Positions 23,941 to 40,622 of a stretch of DNA of 64,000 bases are shown here, one piece after another (the first letter of the stretch is position 1; each line of letters starts with the position of its first letter). This DNA comes from Octopus vulgaris (Eukaryota): assembly GCA_951406725.2 (NCBI GenBank), contig OX597831.1, positions 43,710,001-43,774,000 on the forward strand, read 5' to 3'. The translations under genes were made by a program, and so were the position numbers. The notes beneath the pieces are model-generated. The model saw only the letters and a program-made list of their open reading frames with translations, was not told where the DNA came from and did no database searches.

Positions 23941-24252
23941 GAACTATGTTTTAAAAATTAAAATAAATAACAAAAAAAAAAAAAAAAAAAAGAAAATGTA
24001 GTAAAACGGAGAAAAGGGAAGTAGGGAATAGAATGTTTTAAGGTTTTTAAGGTATAGAGTTCTGAAAACATAACTGGAATCCCCGTTTTCGATAATTTAT
24101 TAATAAAATATATATATTCTGAATTTCAAAAGAACTGTAAAAAAAAACAAAAACAACAACAACACAGAAAACAAATAAATAAATATTGAATTTCTCCTTA
24201 AAAGTATTACTATTATTACACGATGCATTAATATCGCATTGTCTTGAGAAGA

Positions 24253-24299
<47 letters not shown>

Positions 24300-24318
24300 A
24301 ACACACAATGTATATGTG

Positions 24319-24350
<32 letters not shown>

Positions 24351-24427
24351 CATACAGACAGACAGACATACATACATACATATACAAACAAGTATATGTA
24401 TATATATAAATATACATACAAACATAG

Positions 24428-24482
<55 letters not shown>

Positions 24483-24525
24483 GACCATATTAATTAATTA
24501 AACAATTAATTAACAATTGATTAAC

Positions 24526-24563
<38 letters not shown>

Positions 24564-24811
24564 TTATATTTAAACGGGTGTATATAATAACTACATAATG
24601 TTCATGAATTTGAATTCGATACAGTTATAGGTTAAGTCATGCATGTTTACATGCATGGAATACGTGCATACACACACACACACACACACACACGTACATT
24701 CATACATATATGTATATAAGTGTGTCTGAGTGTTTGTGTGTGTGCGCGTGTGTGAGTGGGTACGAACGGCATGCGTATATGTATGTGTATGTGGGCGTGT
24801 GTAGTACCGTG

Positions 24812-24850
<39 letters not shown>

Positions 24851-25734
24851 ACAAGTATATAAAAGTACAAACATATGAAGATACACGTGTATTAAGTGAT
24901 ATGTATATTTCTTTATGTGTATGTATATGTATATATATATATATGTGTTTGTGTGTGTGTGTGTATATATATATATGAACATGTGCACAGAATACTTTCA
25001 TACATATATCAATATGTATGATATATATATATATATATATATAGGATCTTTTCATTATCGTGGCCAGGAGAAAAGATCCATATATATATACACACACATA
25101 TATATATATATACATATATGTATACACACACATATGTATACGCATTCAGACACACACACATATGTATATATACTCCCATACTTATTCACTAAAGTATAGA
25201 TTATGTACTATTACATGAATGCGACTCAGATACTATATTTTATATATCTGCATACGAAGGGAAACGTGAAACTCTGAGTAACAGTTTCTTGTGATGTTAA
25301 TATACACCTTTAATACAAAGAGCATATTACTCTACCTTTGGTATTCGAGTACTATTTTATCTACCTTGTTTTGCATTGATGTGCTTAGTCATGTTTGTGT
25401 GTATATATATACACACACACACATACAAAAAGTGTTAGTGTGTGTGAACTTTATTAAGAGTATCTATTTAGACTATATTTCTGTGGGTATATTCTTTGAT
25501 CATCTGCAGGTGGTATATTTCAACACATATACACAATTCTTTGGCAAGGATTGAACTGGAAATCCTTTGCTATCATCTAAATACACAGAAGACCATCCAT
25601 AAGATAGATATGTCACAAATATGTTGACGGATAAGAGCTTTCGGGACCTTACAACTGTCATCAAATACGACTCAAGGATACAAAATTGCCCATCTCTTGT
25701 TCTCTCTCTCTCTCTCTCTCTCTCTGTATATATG

Positions 25735-25776
<42 letters not shown>

Positions 25777-25960
25777 ATGAAGACGTTTGAATAATACATC
25801 ACCCGAACTGTAGTGCATAAAAAAAAGCATCTAGAATATTGATTGAGTTTAATTAAGTCATAACCATCGTTTTGTTAGTCACAAAATTATAAATAGACAT
25901 ACTAAGATGTATTCTTATGTAAGTATATAAACAAGAACAAATAAACTTACTTTGCGTGTG

Positions 25961-26013
<53 letters not shown>

Positions 26014-26392
26014 ATGTATGTATATATATGTATATGTATGCATGTATATAACATATACCTTGGTAATATAAATATATATATATATATATTCTTTCACTTT
26101 TCTCTGTTACTTGTTCTAGTCATTTGACTGCGGCCATGCTGGAGCATCGATATATATTTGGTTAATGAGAGAGGTCGATGTTAGGTGGGTCGAAACAATC
26201 GCAGTGATTAATAGAAATTCTCGTATCTTCCATCCTCCGTCTCTCACGTCAACGAAATGCACAAGGTACACTGTGAAAGTGAACGTACTTTACCGGTAAG
26301 CAACCCGGTACATACCCTACGATTAATTACACACACACATGTGTATGCGTATGTTAATATTCTCTGCCTTTCTATTTTCCGTCAATCATTTT

Positions 26393-26432
26393 AAAAACCT
26401 GAAGAAGAGACGCTCCCCGAAACGTCGGATTT
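26393..26432 (+). ncRNA. Decayed minimal hammerhead motif
   Basis: CTGAAGA-A-GAGACGCTCCCC-GAAA-CG-TC; core intact, stems I and II mismatched. Confidence 0.5.
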
Positions 26433-26831
26433 CCCACTCTTCACAGTAATGTTTTTTTTTTGTATTCTTTCTGTCACCTCACTTCCCGATGGAAATTACC
26501 ACTCTCTCTCGATTCTGTTTATATATATTTAATGCCTACGTACATATGTACATACATATATATACATACATGTATATGTACATGCATGTATATATACATA
26601 CATATTTATATATACTTACATATATATATACATATAAACGTGTATATACTTAATATACATATATGTATGCATATATATATATATATATAAATATATATTT
26701 ATATACATACATATATATATGTACATATATACATATATTTATTTATATACATACGTATGTACATGTTTGTATGTATGTATATAGATATATATACATATCT
26801 ATCTACGTATGTATATAGATAGATATATTTT

Positions 26832-26865
<34 letters not shown>

Positions 26866-26961
26866 CATACATACATACATACATTTGTGTGTGCATATAC
26901 AGGTATTGCACATAACTTTAAATCTATATCAATCTAAGTTTTATATAAATTATATGTAAAC

Positions 26962-26996
<35 letters not shown>

Positions 26997-27008
26997 GTAA
27001 TGTATATA

Positions 27009-27070
<62 letters not shown>

Positions 27071-27188
27071 ACATATATAGGTATAAATGATTTGCACGGA
27101 CACGGTATACAATAAATTCAGTGAGGTATATTACACACATTTTGTCATAGATATATAATAATTGCATAGGTATATAGTTACATGCATG

Positions 27189-27241
<53 letters not shown>

Positions 27242-29014
27242 ATACACACACACACATGCATGTCTTCGTGCTTAGCTGTGTAGCACATACTATACAAACA
27301 TACGCATGCAAACATCACACACTTATATAACATTTTATAAATAAATAAACATGATGTAATATGTAACTCATATATACGTGCGCGTGTCATTGTATCAATT
27401 TGTGTATGTACGCGAGTATATATACACCTACATACATATATACATATAAATATATATTTATATATATATATATTCATATATATGTTACATATAATATAAT
27501 ATATAAACATATGTAATATGTATCTATTATAGAGTGAAAGATTTGTCATGCGTGTATATATATGTATGTATGTAGGTATGTTTGTATGTGTGTGTTTCTA
27601 TATAATGTAACCTTGCCCTCTTTTATCTATAAATCTATAAGGGTATGAAACAAAAAGGAAAAACACTAAACTATTACAACATTTTATATTTGCATATTTT
27701 CTTTCTCTTTTCCTTACTTCGACTTTCCCTCCCATCCAACTCTCCTACTCTTCCTTCTCCTCCTCTTACTTTTCCTTCACCTCCTCCTCCTCCTACTCCT
27801 CCTTCTCCTTCTACTGCCTTGTCTTCTTTAATTTCGACTTCCCTGTTTTGTCTCTTTTACTCTCTATCTACCCCCCCTTTTTTAACCCCCCCCCCGCTCT
27901 ATCTTCATTCTTTTCTCTCTCTCTCCCTCGGAAAAATCCTCTCCTGCCCCCCCCACTACCATCACCACTTCTCTCTTCATCTATTTCTTTCTCTCCCTTA
28001 AACACAGATCTCCCTCTTTCTCTCTCTGTCCCTCTCTCGCTCTCTCATACACACACACACACACACACACATACAAATACACGCATGTATACACACTCAT
28101 ATATACATGCTCGCGTGTGTATACATTCGCTGAAACACCTATAAAAATACTTCAAAGCGATAACGATTAGCAATTTTCAATAACTTGAAACAAACAAACT
28201 CATGTATACACATAAATAAAAACAATACATATATATATATACATAATAGATACAAACACACACACACACATATATATATATATATGTATGAAATTCATTT
28301 CAATTTTAAAATGGCAGATTATAATTCTTAGGAAAAATTCCTTTTTCCATTTTCACTTTAAAGGAAAAAAAAAAAATCAAATTGAATATAATATTATCCC
28401 CAAACTGATGTAAGTAACAATTACAATTTCAAAATGGACCCAAAAGGGAACGTTGATTTTTCCTTTTTTCTCCTTCGTTCCTATTATCCACTTTTTCTCC
28501 CTAAATGTAGAAATATTCCGCCTAAATAAAGGAATTCCTAGAAAGAAACTGTGGTAGTTTGTATTTGTTATTTTTCATCTTCTGTATGTGTGCATGTGTG
28601 ATTTTTAGCTGTAATATTATGGACAAGTACAGAAAATAACGGGGGAAAAAAAAAATCAAACTTATTATAAGAAGAAGAATAAAAGGGAGTTTTTAGAATC
28701 TATAAATCTATCAGAATATACGTTATTATGAAACAGTATTGTTTCTGGAAGCAGAAGTGAAAGATGGAAAAGAGAAATGTGGCAGTGACGAAGTGTTGTT
28801 GGTGGTGCCGTATAATGCCAAAGGGTTTATTATTCAGAGAGAGAGAGCGTGTATGTGCGTGGAAGAGTTCGATGTGTGAGAAATTCTTGAAGGCGGCGGG
28901 GTGAGAGATAGAATGAAAGAGAGGGAGAGAGAGAAAGAGAGAGACACAGAGAGAAAGAGAAACAGAAAGAGAGAGATAGAGAGAGAGGAGAGAGTGGTTC
29001 GTTAAATAAGAAAT

Positions 29015-29110
29015 GACAACTAGCCAAATGGCCATGCCGTCGAGAAAGGCGTCACGCGTGTGTTACATGCCCCGTGTTACTAACGCATGTCATGTTACAG
29101 GCTTATGTCA
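29015..29110. promoter_or_regulatory. Motif-dense unique element, possible enhancer or promoter
   Basis: CAAATGGCC (YY1-like), CGTCA half-CRE, CACGCG and three TGTTAC repeats within about 90 bp. Confidence 0.35.
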
Positions 29111-29208
29111 TTTTAAATATTAAATATTTAAGGAAGGTTCTTTTTCAGAAAATTTTTTTTAATTAACTAAACCAAACTGCCTTGTCACATTGTAGCTTAT
29201 TATTATTA

Positions 29209-29251
<43 letters not shown>

Positions 29252-30879
29252 GATCAATATTATTATTCTTTTTTTGAATTAAAAAAATTTTTTAATAAGA
29301 TCCATTATTAAATTAAAATTTAAAAAAAAAAAAATTATTGAATTTAAAAAAAAAAAAAATTAAATTCAATCAGTCGTTTGAGAAAGAAACAAAGGCAAAG
29401 AATCAAACGTCCACCCACGAACCACCACCACCACCACCACCACAGCCACCACCACCACCACCACCACAACCACCACTGAGCCACCAAAGACAAGAAAAGA
29501 AAAGTAAAAAAGAAAAAAAAAAGAAAAGAAAAGGGGCGAAATAACAAAGTTGAAAAAAATACACCGTTTCTTTAGTGTCTTAAAATATAATGGAGAGGCG
29601 AATGTTTGTTTATCTACGGTGTTTCGCCAAACAACAAAGACAAAAAAACCCTGGCCTTGTGCGGCGGCGGTGGAGCCGTACAGAGGCTTCGGAACACTGT
29701 CAACATTAGAAAGCTACCTAAACGACAACACTGATTACATAATGTCGACCCACTAACAACACAAACACAAACATTTCCATTATATACGAAATAACATCTA
29801 TAACACGTTCTTCTTTTCCACCACCCCCTACACCGACTCCAAAACACACGTACGCATACAGCATAATACATACGCGCGCACACACAACGCAATCACACAC
29901 ACACACTGAGGTATATATACGTATATGTAATAATATATATATACATGTAACAATAAGTTTGGAAGGAAATAAAAGTGAAAATAGGAAAAGAAGAAGATAG
30001 AATTATTTTCAAGTCCCTTAGTCTTATTTTGGATGAAGCGAAGTTGACAGAAAAATAATATATATATATATATTTATATTTACCAGTCCGTTTCATATCT
30101 GTGTACACGTGAATTGTGAAGTCTTTGGAAATTGATGAAAACATTTTAATACGATGCTTGGATTGATGCCGAGAGAGGAGGAAGTGGCATAAATAGGTGT
30201 GAATGTTGCTAGAGAGACAGAGAAAGAGGGAGGGTATAAAATATGTAAATAAATTGAAATCTAAAATGTGGGTTCAATAATCGGAGATAAGGTCCAAAAT
30301 GGCTGCTGTTGGCTTTTCTGAAATATGTGACAAACAGGGAAGGAAGGAAGGAGCAGGAGACATAGCTGAGGTAGGGGACAGTAAATGGGACCAGAGAGCT
30401 AGTCGGACATGAAAGTAGTGTGTGGTAAACTATCCTACAAACAGCAATTAAGTCTATTCAAGCTTCCTTCTGAAAGAACTAACTTCAGATGGCAGACAAT
30501 ATTTTTCACTAGCCCCTTTCTTAGGCGTTCTACGAATACATACAATACAATCCATGTTTTCTAAATAAAGTTTGAATTTTAAATATCTGGTAATTATAAT
30601 TTTCTTTAAAATATATATACACACATATATATATGTGTGTGTGTGTATTCTTAAAGATTTAATGATGACTGATGGTTTTATATTTTTGAAATTCTCTTTA
30701 AGATGTTTTTAATACTTTATGTATACACACGCACGCACACACAGAGTCACAGAAGCTAGTGTGTGTATACATGTGTGTCTGTATATAACATATCTATAAT
30801 ATATACACATACATTTGTATACAAATATTTTCCTTAAATAGACACACACATATGGATGTATATATACATATATATATAC

Positions 30880-30942
<63 letters not shown>

Positions 30943-30943
30943 C

Positions 30944-31048
<105 letters not shown>

Positions 31049-31049
31049 G

Positions 31050-31110
<61 letters not shown>

Positions 31111-31175
31111 AACATTCATAAACACATTTACATACATATAAACATTCATAAGCACATTTATATACATATACATGC

Positions 31176-31232
<57 letters not shown>

Positions 31233-31868
31233 CATACATACATACATACACACATATACACAGACACACACACACTCATAACTATATCAATACAAATGCA
31301 CTTACACATACACAATTAATTTAGGGTTTTATAACTCTGTATATACAGTTAATCAGTTTACTATAGAAATTTCTTAGAAAAGAAAATCTGGTTTTACAAT
31401 TTCTATTCGAAAGCATGGCAACCAACAAGACTTAAACAAAATAAATAAAATAAATAAATAAATAAATGGGAAAATAAATTTTAAAAGAACTAAAAAAAAA
31501 CAAGAAAAAAGAAAATACAAAGAGCTTCTAAAGTTTGAATCTTCTTTTGGTAGAAGAATCCGAAATGGTATGTTTAATAACAGCAACAACAATCTCAACA
31601 TGATAACAATATGTAAAACGATACAAGAACATTATTGAAATTACTTTGAATTGCAATTATAAATCATTTGATACTGGGGTATTAGATCACAGAATTGTTA
31701 TGAGTTAATGGTAATTTTTGAAGAATAAAAGAAGAAGGAGAAAGAATAGAATAAAGACAATGCCAAATTGTCCAGTGAAAAACAGGTGTGACTATGTCTA
31801 TGGTAAAAGTTGGGATGTATCACGGTTCTTTGATATATATATATATACATGTATATATATAGATAGAT

Positions 31869-31929
<61 letters not shown>

Positions 31930-31932
31930 TAG

Positions 31933-31980
<48 letters not shown>

Positions 31981-32014
31981 ATATACATATATACATATAT
32001 ATATACATATATAC

Positions 32015-32047
<33 letters not shown>

Positions 32048-32226
32048 GGATATGACATGATAATTGTATTTTGCTCAAACCTGTCTATATATCTATTGCT
32101 CTATCTTTCTCCCACTCTCTAAATACATACATACATCATATATATATATATACACATATATATATATATTATATATATATACATACATACATACATATAT
32201 ACATATACATACATACATATATACAT

Positions 32227-32281
<55 letters not shown>

Positions 32282-32630
32282 ACTATGTAATATGATGTGA
32301 TACTTGTATGAAAAACAGGAAATCTTCCATTAATTAAAAAGTGTGAAAGAAAATTAAAATAGCATTAGTCAAAATGTAAAAAGATGAACAAAAGACCAGC
32401 TGATTGTTACTAAGCAACCGTTATTACAGCTATTTGTAACTAATTAAAAAGACAAGGTGATTCATTCAATAGTTACTAAGCAACTGGATCTTACATGGAG
32501 AAAAATATCAAATATGATAGATGGATAGACAGGTGGATAGGTGAGTAGGTAGGTAGGAAGGTAGATGGAATGATAAATAGATGTAGATAGGTAGATAGAT
32601 AGGTAAGTAGATAGATTGATTAAGATAGAC

Positions 32631-32684
<54 letters not shown>

Positions 32685-32856
32685 CAAGTAGGTAGGTAGA
32701 TATAAACATGTAGATAAATAGATAGATAGGTAGGTAAATAGGTAGGTTGGTAGGTAGGTAGGTAAAGAAATATATAAGTAGATAGAAATGTAGACAGATA
32801 GGTAAGTAGACAAGATAGGTGGATAGATAAAATGATAGAAAGACAGACAGACAAAC

Positions 32857-32902
<46 letters not shown>

Positions 32903-33190
32903 CTAGATAGTAGATAGATAGATAGGCAAGTAGGTGGGTAGGTAAATAGACATCTAGTAAATAGCAAATGTTTAACAAAAGTGAAAATAAAATCAATTTT
33001 AGGCTTCAACACAAAAGCAAGAAAGCTATGTGGGATTTAAATTACTAGAATTTTCACAGCAGAATTCCCATATAGATGGATGTGTGTGTGTGTGCTTGTG
33101 TATGCGTGCGCGAACACACACACACATGTATATGTATATATATACATACGTATGTTTATTACACTATTAGACACACACACACACATGCAC

Positions 33191-33242
<52 letters not shown>

Positions 33243-33342
33243 GGATACATATTTATGTATGCACCATAATCATCAAGCGTTCGTTTTCCCTGTTGGCATG
33301 GGTTGGACGGTTTGACAGCAATTGGCAAGCCAGAGGACTGCG

Positions 33343-33400
<58 letters not shown>

Positions 33401-33429
33401 GTGTGTATTGTGCATAATGCATATGTGTA

Positions 33430-33477
<48 letters not shown>

Positions 33478-33539
33478 GTTTATATATATATATACATTTA
33501 TAATATATACACACACATATATATATATGTATGTTTATA

Positions 33540-33687
33540 TGTGGTAAGAAGCTTGCTTCCCAACCACATGGTTCCGGGTTCAGTTCCACGGCTTGTCATC
33601 TTCGGCCGAACAAAGTCTTGTGAGTGGATTTGGTAGACGGAAACTGAAAGAAGCCTGACGTATATATATATATATATATATATATGC

Positions 33688-33728
<41 letters not shown>

Positions 33729-33965
33729 CATGTATATATATATGTATTCGTGTGTCTGCGTTTACCCCCCCCCCCATCGTTTGGCAACCGATGTTGTTGT
33801 GTTTACGTTCCCGTAAATTAGCGGTTCGGCAAAAGCGATCGATAGAATAAGTTACTAGGCTTACAGAGAATAAGTCTTGGGGTCAATTTGTTCGACTAAA
33901 AGGTGGTGCACCCGTATGGCCGCAGTCAAATGATTGAAACAAGTAAAAGTATAAAAGGTTAAAAG
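33540..33965 (+). mobile_element. SINE family A
   Basis: Head, body and tail match. Confidence 0.8.
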
Positions 33966-34013
<48 letters not shown>

Positions 34014-34056
34014 GTGAGAATGTATGTATATATCTGTATGTTATACTGTGAATATG

Positions 34057-34088
<32 letters not shown>

Positions 34089-34996
34089 AGCGAGCTGAAA
34101 TAATACTGACCTATACTACTACTCGTCGTTTTATAAAATCAAGACCCTGCATATATCTCTGAACACCTTATATGACTTGAACCAGTATACAAAATGAAAA
34201 CAAACAAATTAAATGAATGAATATATATATAAGCGAATAAATAAAATAGCTTTGTTGTGAGCCGCTACGTTTAGGAAATATTGTTGTTAGTTTGTAAATA
34301 AAAGAATGAAGAAAAAATAAATAGCGAGCAACCACATGGACGAAAGAGAGGAAGTGTAAACAGAAAAATTTGTCCTCTGCACATAAGCCGATTACAGAGG
34401 CAAAAGTGGCTAACTTAGGAAATAAAATGAAACAAAATGAAATTCTATAAAATAAAATGGAATAATTCTTATATGTAAACCATCACCTATTTTGTTTTGC
34501 GTTTTTTTTTTGCTTCCCCTTTTTATAAAGACGATAGAGGGTAGTTTGAAGCGATCGTCTTTCGACTGCTTGTTCTAGCAGGTCGATTGACTGAATAGAA
34601 GAATCTCCTTGTTCGGTTCGTGATAGCGTTGAAACAACATATTAGATCCATGACGGATTGTGACAGTCCAGCCTGAGATCTCTCATCAAATTACACACAC
34701 ACTCACATACACATTCTGTGTGTGTGTCTGTGTCACTCTCTCTCCTTTCACAAGAAGAAGCTTCGATAAAGAATAGGCCAAAAAGAAAAAGAAGAAAAAA
34801 AAATGGTGCACTTGGCATCATTAAAGAAAGGCTGCACTCAAATTCCCACCCACTGACCATCAGCACCCACAGAACGAAACCAAAATAACTGGAACTGCAA
34901 GACTACTTTTGGACTTTGGACATGCGGAGAGGCACTTGTCTGTGTTGCCAAAGCGGGCTCCCAGCCTACGAACGAACTCCCTACGATATATATATA

Positions 34997-35636
<640 letters not shown>

Positions 35637-35884
35637 AGTAATATATATATATATATAACACACATATATATATATATATATATATACACTCATACATATT
35701 TACATTTATATAGAGACATTTTTATACATACACACACACATATATATATCTACATACATAAATACACACGCATCAATGCATGTACGTACCATATGTATAT
35801 AAATACATACATACACGCATATATACGTACATACATATATGTATATGAATATGTACATACACACACACATATATGTACATATAC

Positions 35885-35922
<38 letters not shown>

Positions 35923-36525
35923 GTGGTGGGGAAATCACCCCGAATTTCTGTCTCAAAATAACACCATCCGAAGAACCATAGTAATTCCTACTCAGTCTAG
36001 ATAAGAAGAAAAGAAATTTCTTTTAAAAAGCAAAGAAAAGAATGCAAACAATAGCTGCCGCTGTTGTTTTGTCGCATGTGTACTGGGATGATGCGAGCAC
36101 ACACACATACACATACACAGCTATATAAACAGAGAGAGAGAGAGAAAGACAGAATTGTCTTCGTTCTGGCTTAAGTCCACCTTGTCCCGCATCCCTTCTG
36201 TGACTATCTGCCAGAGCCTACAGGTATACAAATATAGACCGTACGTACAGTAGGGAAAATGCTATAACGCCAATATTGCTCTGTCACGCTGGAACCCTTG
36301 CACGATAAAACGAGAAGCATGTCGGAGCACTGTGATTACTTGGTCCTGTATTCGGAACAAGCAACGCTTAATAACTTACATATGTAACTGCGTGTGTGTG
36401 CATGTGTGTATGTGTGTGTGTATGGAGAATTCACGAAGAAAAAAACAACAACAAAAGACGAAGACAGGTGATGTAGAAAACAAACAGATAGATGTATTAG
36501 TATGACAATCGGGAATTGAAAAAGT

Positions 36526-36561
36526 CTTTTACGTTTCGAGCCTATGCTCTTCCACAGAAAG
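36526..36561 (-). ncRNA. Minimal hammerhead-like motif, variant core (H1 element 36424-36582)
   Basis: CTTT-CTGTGGA-A-GAGC-ATAG-GCTC-GAAA-CG-TA-AAAG. Confidence 0.7.
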
Positions 36562-36579
36562 GAACACAGAAAGAAACAA

Positions 36580-36628
<49 letters not shown>

Positions 36629-36824
36629 AACATACATCACACACATATACGGAGCACTGGATTTGTGGATCGCACCTAGACGTTCAAGCCATTTACCTAG
36701 GCCTTGCTCTACCAGAGGAGCTGATGTGAGTGACATAGAGCAACAAACAAATTGTTTTTAAACAAATATAGCTCAAAATACACAAACAAAAACTACAATG
36801 GTCATAATAATAATAATAATAATA

Positions 36825-37380
36825 ACGCTTTCAATTTCAGACACAGGACCAACATTTTTAAGGGGAGGGGGATTAATGGATTCCATTAACCTCAGTATTT
36901 CAACAGGATTTGAACGCAGAACGTAAAGAGTCGGAAGAAAACATTTTTCGTTTCTAGGAGCAACGCCAGGTACTATAAGATGATGGAGCAGTTGATTCCA
37001 TCGATCTCTAGGACTGCACTTGTACTTTATTTAATCGACCCGAAGGATAAAAAGCAAAGTTGACTACAGAGGAATTTGAACTCGGAACATGAAGTGTCGG
37101 AACAGTTTGTTATTTTTCTTCTAAAACCAGAAATTATAGGGAGAAGGAACAGTTGATTACACCGATCACGGTATTTTACTGAAATTTTATTTTATCGATC
37201 TCAGAGAGACTTTTTTTTTTAAAAAAAAAAGGTAAAAAAAATGAAAAGAAAAAGAAATACAAATTCAAACCTCGATGGGTTTTGAACTCAGAACTTAAAG
37301 AAATCAAACGGTAGTAGGCTGCAACTAAATACCATAATGCATTCTATTCGACGCTCTAACGCTTCTGCCAATAATGATGC
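36825..37380 (-). mobile_element. Three degenerate SINE family B fragments
   Basis: Repeated TTTGAACTC/GCAGAAC and TTTATCGA motifs. Confidence 0.55.
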
Positions 37381-38051
37381 AGTCCAATCCAGATACTGGA
37401 AGATAGTTAGTGGATGTGGTTTGTTATTTATGCGTTGGTTGGATTCCAATATCCGTAAAATATACGGATATTGGAATATGAAAGGTGATGAAGACAACGC
37501 TTTAAAGATGATTTAATGAGAGTACGACCAGAGATTTTACTGTGGCGCTTTAGTCCCGGGTCAAACCTAATCGAGCAAACATATGTATAATAATGTATAA
37601 TCGAAGACGTTCCAGCTCTGCCCATCCCATTTTTATTTCAGATATATAGCACCTAGGACTTACATTAGAGAAATGTGAACTGTTTTTTTTTGTTTTATTT
37701 CGTTTTTCTGTTTTTCATTTTTGCATTTGTTTTTTTTTTTTGTCTTTTTGTTCTAAAGATATAACGGTGTGAATAACGGAAGATTTAGTTATTATCTCTA
37801 GCACGTCGAACGACGACTCAGAGGAAGGATCCCTGGTTTCTCTTCCGCTCCTGGCCCGATATATCTTAATATCCCTTTGACTGGAGTATGCTGTTATGTA
37901 TGTATATATGTATGTATGTGTGAATATGTATGTAATGCGTATATGTGTGTACGAATTAACGTATGTATGCATGCATGTATGTATGTATGAATGAGTAGAT
38001 ATGTGTGTGTGTATGCGTGTGTTTGTATGTGTGTGTGTATGCGTGTGTTTT

Positions 38052-38082
<31 letters not shown>

Positions 38083-38176
38083 GTTGGTTTACAAGGGAAT
38101 GGTTTTTCTACAAACTTTGCATAACGACAACAACAACAACAACCAACCAACAAATATCTGCGCGAACAGTCACTGC

Positions 38177-38208
<32 letters not shown>

Positions 38209-38618
38209 AACGACGACAACTACTACCAAAGCTTACGAAGGAGCATACCAAATAATATCAATATCAGTAAACAATGACAATAATAACATAAACAGCATTT
38301 TCATCCAATCGAACACTCCACTACAAGAATGCGAAATGTTTATAGAGATGGAGTTAGTCGCTGGTGTTGACTTAGAGGGAGAGGGAGAGGGAAAGGATAG
38401 GGAGGCAGTGAGAGAGAGAGAGAGAGAGAAGGCGGAAGGGTATGACGAAAGTGGGAGGGAGAGCGACAAGCAAGTATTTATAGGGGAAGAAACGATTAAG
38501 GAAGACACAGAGAGAGGGGGAGAAAGAGAGAGGGAGAGGGATAGATAGGTAGATATAGAGAGCTAGGTAGGTAGGTAGGTAGATAGATAGATAGATGATA
38601 GATAGATAGATAGATAGG

Positions 38619-38649
<31 letters not shown>

Positions 38650-38755
38650 GTAGGTAGGTAGGTAGATAGATGATGGATGGATTGTTGTATAGAGATAGAT
38701 AAATGGATAAAGAAGGGGAGAGAGACAGAGAGACTGACAGACGTGTACATAGATG

Positions 38756-38820
<65 letters not shown>

Positions 38821-38835
38821 ATAAACAGACATATA

Positions 38836-38871
<36 letters not shown>

Positions 38872-39552
38872 GGTGTTGGGATTGTAGGGTTAAAAGAATG
38901 CACAGAGATAGAAAGAAATGGCGAAGGAAAAAGAGCAGTGGGGAAAGGAGAATAGGAAAAGAGAGGGAAAATAATAAAGGGAAAAATAAGGGCTCAGAAA
39001 CGGGATGAAGGAATGAATGAAGAAAAGACAGCAAAATACAGAGAAAGAAAAACGAGAAGGGTGTGAGAAGGAAGAAGGAGTAAAAAAAAAAAAAAAAAAA
39101 AACAGGGAGAAAGAGAGAGAGAGAGAGAGAGAAGGAAAAGAAAGAGGTGAGAGAGAGAAAAGTACTTAAAGGGCGATAAAGTGAATAGGATAAAAGAGAA
39201 GAGGAGTAGAGAGGGGGGAAACACACAGAAAATAGGATTGTAATAGAGTCGAGAGAGAGAGAGAGGAGGTGAAATAGAAGGGGAGGAATGACAAAGAGAG
39301 AGAGAGAGAGAGAGAATGTGAGAGTTACAAGAAAGTATTGGCTAGAAAGCGGGGTGGGGAGGGAAAGGTTGTGAATTGGAGATTAAGTAGAGAAATATAC
39401 GGAATACAAGGAAGGAAGGAGAGTTTTTCAAAGTCAAGAAGAAATATATTAATTGTCAAAGGGTTGAGTTCATTTTGGACACTTACACACACAAACACAC
39501 AGACACACAGAGACACGCACGTATGTTTAAGTAAATAGTTGGTTATATCAGG

Positions 39553-39595
39553 ACATTTACGACGTTTCGGACACACGTCTTTCTTCGGGGAATGT
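39553..39595 (-). ncRNA. Decayed minimal hammerhead motif
   Basis: CCGAAGA-A-AGACGTGTGTCC-GAAA-CG-TC; U4->C change and weak stem I. Confidence 0.4.
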
Positions 39596-39640
39596 GATAA
39601 AAGTTCACTTTATCCGAGTGATCTACGAAAGACATTCTCC

Positions 39641-40109
39641 AAAAAGGGCAGAAAATTTTTAAAAAAGTTATCCATAAAAGTATAAATGGCGTTCACCTTA
39701 AGTTTACCGGTTACTCAATCCATAATAATAGCCTGTTGTTGGAAATTAACCCCAGGTCAGGTCATCTCTGATCGAAAAGACCTACAACGAGTGAACTTCC
39801 AGCCGTGACCATCACATAGTTTTTAGAGTATAAATCTAGGAGCACACCATCCAACATGTCTTACCTTATTCGCTACAAGAAAAAATAAAGAAAAAAGAAG
39901 AAAAAAAAACTTATGTCCGAAACGTGGACACAAATGTCTTTCCAACACCCCTTAGCAAATTAAGTAAATATAATTTTATACTAATATATATACAATTTTT
40001 CCTGACCAGATGACCACAGTTTTCGTTGGACACTGGCAATCATTTTGTTTTGATCTAGTCACACAAACATACACACAACATCTACATACACATATATACA
40101 TATACATAA

Positions 40110-40150
<41 letters not shown>

Positions 40151-40552
40151 ACATATTTTATCTTTTACTTGTTTCTGTCTTTGCACTGCGGCCATGCTTG
40201 GGCATCGCCATAAAGTTCTAGTCGAGCAAGTACATAACTTTTTAAGACTGGTACTCATTCTATCGGTCTCTTCTTGCTGAACTGCTGAGTTACCAGGACG
40301 TCAACAAACCAGCCCCGGCTGTCAAGCAGTAGCAAGGGGACAAACACAGATACAAAGGTACAAACACGACGAGTTTCTTTTAAGTTTCCATCAACCAAAT
40401 CTACTCACAAAGCTTTGGGCGGACTTAGGTTACAACGGAAGACACTTACCGAAGGTGCCACGGAGTGGGGCTGAACCCGGAACTATGTGGTTGGGAAGCA
40501 AGCTTCTTACTACACAGCCACACCTGTGTGTGTGTATGTGTGTGTATGTATG

Positions 40553-40622
<70 letters not shown>

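Noticed and set aside
25626-25671. Minus-strand TTGATGA...GAAAGCTCTT hammerhead-like motif
   Set aside because: C3 is changed and stem II does not pair; too degenerate to call.
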